A stretch of 62,770 bases of DNA from Planctomycetaceae bacterium. Its GTDB lineage: Bacteria > Planctomycetota > Planctomycetia > Planctomycetales > Planctomycetaceae. The notes under the pieces were generated by a model, which was not told where the DNA came from, searched no databases, and worked only from the letters and a program-made list of their open reading frames with translations. Location: positions 1 through 62,770 of the forward strand of contig JAGQPY010000002.1 of NCBI GenBank assembly GCA_020426485.1. Direction: 5' to 3'. The position numbers and the translations under genes are program-made. Shown piece after piece: positions 56,901 through 62,770 of this stretch (position 1 is the stretch's first letter; each line of letters opens with the position of its first letter).

Positions 56901-59900
56901 CCGGAAGGACAGAATTCATTGGGCTCAGGGGGGCAGTCCTTGCGACGGTAACGTTCCTTGTGTCAAGGTTCGTTGTGCATTCAGTGCTGTCAGCCTGCCG
57001 AGCCGTGCAAAGAAGTCCGGGACCCTCGCTTGTCGCGCCGGCGACGGTTCTGCTTGTGCTGACGCTGCTCTCATTGAACGCTGCAGCGCAGACGTCCGGG
57101 AATTCGGCGATTCTTGTGCCGCACACATCCAACGGAGATTTTCCGCTGATTTATGTTCCACAGTCTGTTTACTCTCGCCTTGAAACAGAGGACAGGAGTG
57201 GTGGGGCGGGATGTCATGTGCTGGAAGTGAAGGCGAACGTTCATCTTTCGACTCGAGATCAGGCCGTGATCTCGATCGATTGTCTGCTGGCGGTTGATCC
57301 TGCAGCCGCGCCGGCATTCCGCATTCCTTTGTCGGGGGCAACGCTGTCGGAATGCTTTACTGATGGTGTCAGGACATGGCCTTCGCCGGATGGTCCGAAT
57401 GAAGTTCGGCTGGATGTTTCGTCCGCGCCGGTTATCGCCGTTAAGCCTTTGGTCGGGGGTGATGGCTCTTCCGCACCTGCTGAAACATCGGCTGCCGCTG
57501 CAGGACCGAATACGTTCGGCCAGTGGAACATTAAAACGGTTCGATACGTTGTTCGTGTTTCTGCCACAGAGCTGTCTGCGTTTGAAGATCGCATCAGCGT
57601 CACTCTTCCACCTGCAGCCACGACAGAAGTTCGCGTCAAAGATGATTCCCACGAGATCAGCCGAGTCGTTCTGGTTAATCGAGGTCGGACTTTTACCGAG
57701 CACACAACGGACGGGCAATGTCGCTTTCCACCGATCTACAATGCACGTGACATTGATTTGTACCTCCGCTCCGGCAATCGTCCTGCCGATGTTTCAGGTG
57801 AGGAAGATCTGAAGTCGCTGCTGGTAGACGTTGACGCAACTCCGACCCAGCTGAAAGTTGCTGCTTTGTATCGCCTGCCGCCGGCAGAAAGTGGTCTGCA
57901 GTCAGTCTCCGTCCGCCTTCCCCGCCGACGAAGAATTACTGCCGTTGAGACAACGACGGGAAATTCGGTCCCGTGGTCCGTCAGCGGCGATACTTTGCAG
58001 GTGCGGCCATCAGCAGGAGCGGATGGCTTTCGAAGGTTTGTGGTTCGAATGTTGCTGGAATACCCCGTCGAACTTCGGCATTCACTTCCGGTGGGTACCT
58101 TTGCGAATGTCGACGGAGAAAGAATGTCCAATGTGATCCTTGCTGTCAGTACGTCCGAGCAGTTTGTTGTTGGTGAGCTTTCATCCGCGGGAGTCAGTCT
58201 GTCAGAGCCCGATCCACAGCTTCTGAATCGACTGATCAGCGATCGTGGTAGTCCCGGAGCGTCCGAAACGTACGCTTTCGTTCCGCCGGAATCAGGTACG
58301 GTTGATGTTCTGATCGCACAGCGGGATACTTCGCTGGAAGTGACTCAGGTTCAGAATGTCACGGTGACTGACGACGAAATTCAGTGGAACTGTCGCTGTT
58401 CCATGGATGTTCGAGGGCAACCTGTTCTGCGACAGCAGTTTGAAGTTTCCCCGGAGGTCGATCTGGAAAGCGTCTCCGTTTCGACCAACAATTCGCCGTT
58501 GCTGCAGACCTGGACACGCAGTGCTGATCTGGTGATCGTCGCCCTGCGCGAGCCCACACGAGGCGTGTTGGAATTCAGTTTCCAGGGTGTGGCGAAACGC
58601 ACGCCACAGGCCAACCAGCCCCTTCCGACAATACGACCGGCGGGACACGTGCAGTTGCTGGAGTCCAAACTGGTTCTGCGAAGTGAAGCCGAATCGGATG
58701 TGTTTCTGCACGATCTCGGCAGTGGTACGCCTGATGTTGCCATTGATATCAGGGAGCAGCCACTGAGCGATGCTTCCATTCATCTGGACCTGACCGATGA
58801 CCTGCATCCACCCATTCTTGGTGCTCGGCTGGCAGGGCAGCTTCGCGTTGCCGGACTGCTGATCCTTCACGACGAAGGTGGTCCACTGCGGATTTCACAG
58901 TTGTGGCATTTGCAGAAAACGATGGCCGCATCTGAAGTTCGACTTGGATTTGCTGACGGCTCTCGACCCGCAATGTACCTGTATCTTGGCGAAGAGAGCG
59001 AAACGCTGCCAGCCAATGATGACGAGCTTCTGATTGCTGAATTTGCGGATTCAGCAGTGCTTGTTGTCGAAGACCAGGTGGTAACGGCGGGCAGCGGCGT
59101 CGTTGAATTCTCAATCCCCGTGTTTGCCGATGATCCTGAATCTCATGTCGTCGCATGTCTGGATTTTCGTGAAGGCCGACATATTCAGCGAACTCCCGTA
59201 ACAGTACCCGAATGGGCGCGGACCGTATTTGAAGAGCAATACCCCGATTTGGCAGCGCGCGCTTCATCTGCCGGATCCATTGAGCCCGGAACTGATGCCA
59301 GTGAAGGACGGGTTCGACTGGAGATTGAACCGCCCTTGAACGCTGACACGGAGGCACTGCCTGCGGGAGGTGCTCTGACGGGCATCGCCGTTCATCAGAT
59401 TGTTCAGCCTTCCGATGGCTCGCCGATGATCGAATCCTCTTTCGTCCTGGTTTCCGAACGTCGAGGCCGTGATGTCAGTTTTGTCATCTCGCCCGCCTTG
59501 TGCGTTCTGGATGTGCAGATTGACGGTCTGTCAGTTCCGTTTCGAATTGATGGTTCGCAGTTCCAGCTTTCACTCACAGACAATCTGCACCATATTCGCA
59601 TCAACAGCACTCTTTCCCTCGAAGGTAATCACTACGGATGGAGTTCTCCGGAGTTTCTGCCACTGACGGCTGGCATGAACGGGCCGGTCTTCGTGGCTGT
59701 CGAGTCGGACCGCAATGCTGCCGTTCGTCTGACTGATCGTGAGACTGTGGCAACGGAGAACGAATGGAAGGAACGGCTGACGGGAGCTTTGAGAGACCAT
59801 GTCACCGCCGTGGATCGTGCACTGTGGAGTGTGCTCGCGGATGAGCTGTCGATCAAAGGATCGAGTGCTTTGTCCGGGACCACGGTTTCCGAACAGTTGC

Positions 59901-60355
59901 GCGCGACGGCCACGGCAGTCCGGCGAACGCTGGAACTGAAGTGGACTCAGGATACTGTGTCCCGGAATGAACCATCGAGAACCATGCCTGTCATCGCAGA
60001 ATTCACGAATCTGTGGCACGGAGGCGATGATGAGCCGATCACAGCATTTTCCGTTCATCAGACTGCCCCACAGTGTCAGGTGCGATTTCGGGATCGCTTC
60101 GCAGCAGTCTGGAAACTCTCTGCACTCATTGGGATGCTGTTTCTGGTCAGCTTTCGTCGTCGTCGTGCACAGAATCCAGTGGTCGGAACGTCTGCACCCG
60201 GTCGCGACGAACCGATCGCTGCCTTCAGCAATTCGGGATCGATGCCGTCGTCGGCCATCAGATCGGCGTCTCAGGTCGGCTCTGAACCGCAGGCCAGTCC
60301 AGGCTCAGGATCAGGTGTCGCAACCGAGACCGGGAACGCTGACCTGACAGATTGA
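53903..60355 (+). CDS. Giant envelope protein B: two ectodomain modules separated by an internal TM cluster, plus a C-terminal TM anchor; no recognisable domain
   Basis: 2150-aa ORF, 11 nt after gene A, with GGAG upstream. Signal peptide MRLRLLISILILNCVNWCSAQ. Internal TMs at roughly aa 961-1063. C-terminal TM LSALIGMLFLVSF followed by RRRR. Confidence 0.85.
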   Translation: MRLRLLISILILNCVNWCSAQTPPAPASGESWYQGGFLFRRVSPADLAAQLKGGTYVPVRPDQFDELLKSHSRDRSRSTDWNAVRKAEYRATLVNESLESGTVALELYGRTDQSPPERSIHLGALNLSELRLFSQGVEVPVAVDSQERSVVLTERPASALTGSWTATGTMNGEDLIFQLRLPRASLCSFELETSLNTQVTSPNALVIPSSSDDTKSTWLLMPRSPSLLTLVCSRNLKTRESELTGVSIQGDYRFGESQTEMSWSVNVPRTLTDCDLQFLIQPGCQIAKVDSTPFPGPQWTTAEVDGNVVLNIKMPPLTTAATLGILGRSQFQLSKLFSLPVIRPMTYRLSGGTTDLDLPLRFSTCRLNVAPELAISHLDLTDFQERDVTYSSDGGQALELVQNSAAAGAEIGLVGARPLVEDSVAVELGTGNDRNMATANVFVSVATGALSEVSWNIPRSWRVTDVFEADSRLPLLFQIESPSDASGETRLTAFLRNPLTTRAGQLLTIEMQSTENRIRAGIRPALINSQQYRRKQNLLIGPGEELRTFGADDGMFLNDETIETITMELGRLGVKPDQTVSIVSVDELQESSEERSPVSLLSGSIDYSALMNPENFLRESFRLRLRSQDAIPERVPLAALPGLELTISDVSVTQPTPSLRPVANAGSTENWVIEVPPGLSPGNLLDITLTATRPFRDGLPMAWLSVPSASTMTGTLRPLDNTSGIQLLRTGEPLEVVSDVLPYPDRSAFGGFVYRSNAATDSRQDISGNSVVLLDVASGEMTGTVFSHLLVHSSDAKPFLGLRLDGASDLRVFVDGKATYAHQLDDTLRLALPEGPGISTVDLFYRITLHEQDTSLAYTSIGFPFSDSVYHVHEILPPVGFLLEPEVAHAMVATGRDSGQRLVADYFTRQASDAVRDFSRSFRSRWNQRRLQDVSAIWLKMETGQSVASLTVINTHVRTFVELAVFVIVLVLWLYVAGDRRSTAVPAVGLMIGALLLMLSGRTEFIGLRGAVLATVTFLVSRFVVHSVLSACRAVQRSPGPSLVAPATVLLVLTLLSLNAAAQTSGNSAILVPHTSNGDFPLIYVPQSVYSRLETEDRSGGAGCHVLEVKANVHLSTRDQAVISIDCLLAVDPAAAPAFRIPLSGATLSECFTDGVRTWPSPDGPNEVRLDVSSAPVIAVKPLVGGDGSSAPAETSAAAAGPNTFGQWNIKTVRYVVRVSATELSAFEDRISVTLPPAATTEVRVKDDSHEISRVVLVNRGRTFTEHTTDGQCRFPPIYNARDIDLYLRSGNRPADVSGEEDLKSLLVDVDATPTQLKVAALYRLPPAESGLQSVSVRLPRRRRITAVETTTGNSVPWSVSGDTLQVRPSAGADGFRRFVVRMLLEYPVELRHSLPVGTFANVDGERMSNVILAVSTSEQFVVGELSSAGVSLSEPDPQLLNRLISDRGSPGASETYAFVPPESGTVDVLIAQRDTSLEVTQVQNVTVTDDEIQWNCRCSMDVRGQPVLRQQFEVSPEVDLESVSVSTNNSPLLQTWTRSADLVIVALREPTRGVLEFSFQGVAKRTPQANQPLPTIRPAGHVQLLESKLVLRSEAESDVFLHDLGSGTPDVAIDIREQPLSDASIHLDLTDDLHPPILGARLAGQLRVAGLLILHDEGGPLRISQLWHLQKTMAASEVRLGFADGSRPAMYLYLGEESETLPANDDELLIAEFADSAVLVVEDQVVTAGSGVVEFSIPVFADDPESHVVACLDFREGRHIQRTPVTVPEWARTVFEEQYPDLAARASSAGSIEPGTDASEGRVRLEIEPPLNADTEALPAGGALTGIAVHQIVQPSDGSPMIESSFVLVSERRGRDVSFVISPALCVLDVQIDGLSVPFRIDGSQFQLSLTDNLHHIRINSTLSLEGNHYGWSSPEFLPLTAGMNGPVFVAVESDRNAAVRLTDRETVATENEWKERLTGALRDHVTAVDRALWSVLADELSIKGSSALSGTTVSEQLRATATAVRRTLELKWTQDTVSRNEPSRTMPVIAEFTNLWHGGDDEPITAFSVHQTAPQCQVRFRDRFAAVWKLSALIGMLFLVSFRRRRAQNPVVGTSAPGRDEPIAAFSNSGSMPSSAIRSASQVGSEPQASPGSGSGVATETGNADLTD

Positions 60356-60386
60356 GTGTTCATCCGGGAAATCTGTCGGCATGGGC

Positions 60387-62417
60387 CTATCGCACTTTTT
60401 CCTGCAATGCCCAGGCGGCGATGTGTTTCTGCAGGTCTTCGTCCCGAGTAATTTCAATAACACGGACACCGCCTGTCCGCAGCGCTGAAGTCGCGGCTGA
60501 CCGAAGTGCTCGCTGCTGTCGCGATTCCGTGCCGGAACTTACTGTCAGCAGAGACAGTCGTTTCGAGATCAGGGTTTCGGGCAGAGTGCCATGGAATACC
60601 GGCCATGTATCCAGAAACACGGCTCGGTTAACTGACTGTTGACGTGAGTTGGTCAGTAAGCTGAAGCACAGCTCAGATTGCCTGGGGCTCGACACAAAGA
60701 TGATCCGGTCCATGTCAATCGGTTGCCTCTGGCTGACCGCCGTCAGACATTCCTGAATCAACGTCATGTCTTCCGCCGTGAGGTCTGTGCGTTGCAGATT
60801 CTCAGGGCAGACCAGCATCAGATTGTGAGCCTGACAGGTTCGTTCCCAGTTGCGATAAACAACTTCGAACGGTCGATCGTTTTCGGAGAGCATGACCAGC
60901 ACTCCGAGCCGGGAAGATTGCTTTTCCTCGGGGCGGAAAATCCGCAGCGTCCCCTGCTCTGCGATCTGTTGTTCTTCCTGGCCCCACTTTGCATCCGGAT
61001 CAGATCCCGTGACTTGACGCACGAAGTCTTCGTTGAAACTCAAAACAGCGTTGGGTCTGGCCACCGCCTGAATCTCCGTTGTTGTGGTATCCGGAGAATC
61101 CGGTTTCGGTTTCCATTCAACGCTCACTGACGTCCCCGCAAAGGTGCGAGCCCGTTGACGAAATTCAGACCTTCCGGTGACGGGGGCCTCATTGATTTTC
61201 AAGATGACGCATTGATCCGTAAGACCCGCTTTAAACGCGGGCGAATCCGGAAGAACATTGACCACAACCGTGTCTTCCCTGCCGGAGTCCGCGATGGATC
61301 CTTCATCCGGCAGCAAGCCCAGTTGTCCCGGAACGGGAAGGTTGAGTTTGTCTGTCAGCGTGACGCTGTAGTCAGTTTCTTCCTCGTTACGAAGCGCGGT
61401 GATGTTCAGGGTTGTACCAGCGCTGGAACTTCGAATGATCGATTCAAAGATTCCAAATCGTGAGATCTGCTGTCCATTCACTCGCAGAATCTGATCGCCT
61501 GCCTTCAATCCGACCTTGTCGGCAGGAGAATCGGGAATGACTGCCGCAATTCGAATCTCAGGCTCAAGTGGGTTTCGTGTTGCGAACGAAGCGCCCAGCA
61601 CTCCCCGCAGCATGTCTGTGCCGTCAGTCAGTTTCTCAACGGCGATCAGCAGATCACGCGCCGGAATGGCGAATCCGATTCCCGAGTCATACCACTCCAC
61701 GCCGGCCGCAATCGAATCGCCTCGGTCCGTGGGAGACAGTGGGACCAGAAGTCCGGAAACACGACCGTCAACGGTCACCAGCGGGCCACCATAGTTGACG
61801 GGTGAAATCTTCGCATCTGTCTGGATGGCCAGCCCGTGTACGCGACCGACAGCACTGATGATGCCCACGGATATGGACGGTTCATTTCCGGGAAACAGAC
61901 GACCCATCGCGATTGCGTAGGCACCAGGTTCGGGCCACTGCTCTTCTATGAATGCAGGTGTTTGGAAGTCAGCGCCTTCGCACTTCAGCAGTATCAGGTT
62001 TCGAATCTGGTCTCGCGCGACGATCTCCGCGCTATGGCGATTTCCCTGAGCGTCCTCGACAAAGATCGCGGCGGCCTGACCTCGAACCGAAAAACTGCTT
62101 GTAACAATCAAGCCATCGCCGGGGACAGCAAGTCCGGTTGAGGTCTGAGAGGACACGACCGCCTGACTGGTGTCACCGCGCGTGATGGTCCGAATTCGAA
62201 CAACCGACGGTGCGACCTGAGCTGCGGCGGATCGGACGACAGCGTCCAGCTGTTCATTGGCGAACGTGGTCGAATACGTCAGCAATAGAACGATGGTACA
62301 GATTTTTGCAGATCGTCGAGGATACGGGTACGCACTCTCGGACATATCAGTTCGTGGATGTTGATCGTGATCCGGAATCCTGACGACTGAGTCGTCGTGG
62401 GTAACTTCAATTGACAT
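60387..62417 (-). CDS. Catalytically dead HtrA-like trypsin-fold protein with two PDZ domains and a C-terminal degenerate alpha/beta-hydrolase-like domain
   Basis: The sequence aligns along the whole HtrA core (APSVVRI.., GIGFAIP). The triad positions read F109 (IVTSSFSV), N140 (IRNLILLK) and Y209 (ISPVNYGGPLV). PDZ-like VGLKAGDQILRVNG and AGLTDQCVILKINE. An alternative ATG at 62345 gives a signal-anchor start. Confidence 0.88.
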   Translation of the reverse strand: MSIEVTHDDSVVRIPDHDQHPRTDMSESAYPYPRRSAKICTIVLLLTYSTTFANEQLDAVVRSAAAQVAPSVVRIRTITRGDTSQAVVSSQTSTGLAVPGDGLIVTSSFSVRGQAAAIFVEDAQGNRHSAEIVARDQIRNLILLKCEGADFQTPAFIEEQWPEPGAYAIAMGRLFPGNEPSISVGIISAVGRVHGLAIQTDAKISPVNYGGPLVTVDGRVSGLLVPLSPTDRGDSIAAGVEWYDSGIGFAIPARDLLIAVEKLTDGTDMLRGVLGASFATRNPLEPEIRIAAVIPDSPADKVGLKAGDQILRVNGQQISRFGIFESIIRSSSAGTTLNITALRNEEETDYSVTLTDKLNLPVPGQLGLLPDEGSIADSGREDTVVVNVLPDSPAFKAGLTDQCVILKINEAPVTGRSEFRQRARTFAGTSVSVEWKPKPDSPDTTTTEIQAVARPNAVLSFNEDFVRQVTGSDPDAKWGQEEQQIAEQGTLRIFRPEEKQSSRLGVLVMLSENDRPFEVVYRNWERTCQAHNLMLVCPENLQRTDLTAEDMTLIQECLTAVSQRQPIDMDRIIFVSSPRQSELCFSLLTNSRQQSVNRAVFLDTWPVFHGTLPETLISKRLSLLTVSSGTESRQQRALRSAATSALRTGGVRVIEITRDEDLQKHIAAWALQEKVR

Positions 62418-62770
62418 ATTCTGGCAGGTTTTCTGTCTGGTGTCGGTTATGTCACAAAATGTTCAGGTTCTGCCGAACGATCCGGAACCTGACTGACTCA
62501 TCCGGGAATCGTCGCGTGTCTGTTTTCCAGTGAACCATTTTCTGTGGACATCGGTTTCAGGCGAAATAGTTCAATGGAACGTTCGGCTGTGATCGATGAC
62601 GGGGCTTGCCTGTTTAAGATTTCAGGGCCACTTATTCTAACATGGGCAGTGCCCGCACCCCATTTCGAGCTTTCGCTCGGAAACGCGCTGTCGCTCCCGA
62701 TGGTCGCTCACCAATATGCGCGCACTGTGCTCGCATCTTACTTCGTAAGACTCTAACGTGAGTCGTGCCC

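Noticed and set aside
1-62770. tRNA, rRNA, CRISPR and mobile elements
   Set aside because: T-loop-like GGTTCGAA strings occur only inside long CDSs and without acceptor or anticodon stems. There are no repeat-spacer arrays. No transposase, integrase or recombinase motifs and no terminal inverted repeats were seen in any frame.

Overview
This 62.8-kb chromosomal segment is densely coding. Gene content suggests a Planctomycetota-type genome: signal-peptide Gfo/Idh/MocA oxidoreductases, an NPCBM-like protein, a BBP7-like beta-barrel, zinc-ribbon membrane proteins and giant ORFs. This taxonomic call is an inference, not a database result. Almost all genes from 2 kb to 49 kb are on the minus strand. 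The main blocks are listed below. (1) A tightly packed roughly 17-kb minus-strand operon (19123 -> 2088) starts with MoxR ATPase, DUF58 and two membrane VWA (BatA/BatB-like) proteins. It continues through coiled-coil and TPR-like envelope proteins, an NPCBM-like protein and two trypsin/PDZ proteases. (2) A block holds a secreted repeat protein, a sulfatase-like protein, an oxidoreductase, lgt, a zinc-ribbon radical SAM enzyme, a small membrane protein and an MFS transporter. (3) A lone, lower-GC plus-strand gene sits at 28695..29519. (4) Two paralogous SPFH/band-7 proteins follow, then a 900-nt non-coding gap. (5) Next come an oxidoreductase, an outer-membrane barrel, a TauD-like dioxygenase and an aldo/keto reductase with a Lys/Ala-rich tail. 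(6) A Tad-type pilus or secretion locus (49106 -> 39868) has no secretin, Flp pilin or TadZ visible. (7) After a strand switch there is an inositol monophosphatase-family gene and two giant membrane-anchored ORFs (1111 and 2150 aa) without recognisable domains. These converge on a trypsin/PDZ protein whose whole catalytic triad is substituted. I consider the giant-ORF pair plus the dead protease, and the protease-extended MoxR/VWA operon, the best candidates for an undescribed envelope system. I found no rRNA, tRNA, CRISPR array or mobile element. All domain calls rest on motifs read by eye and need profile searches.
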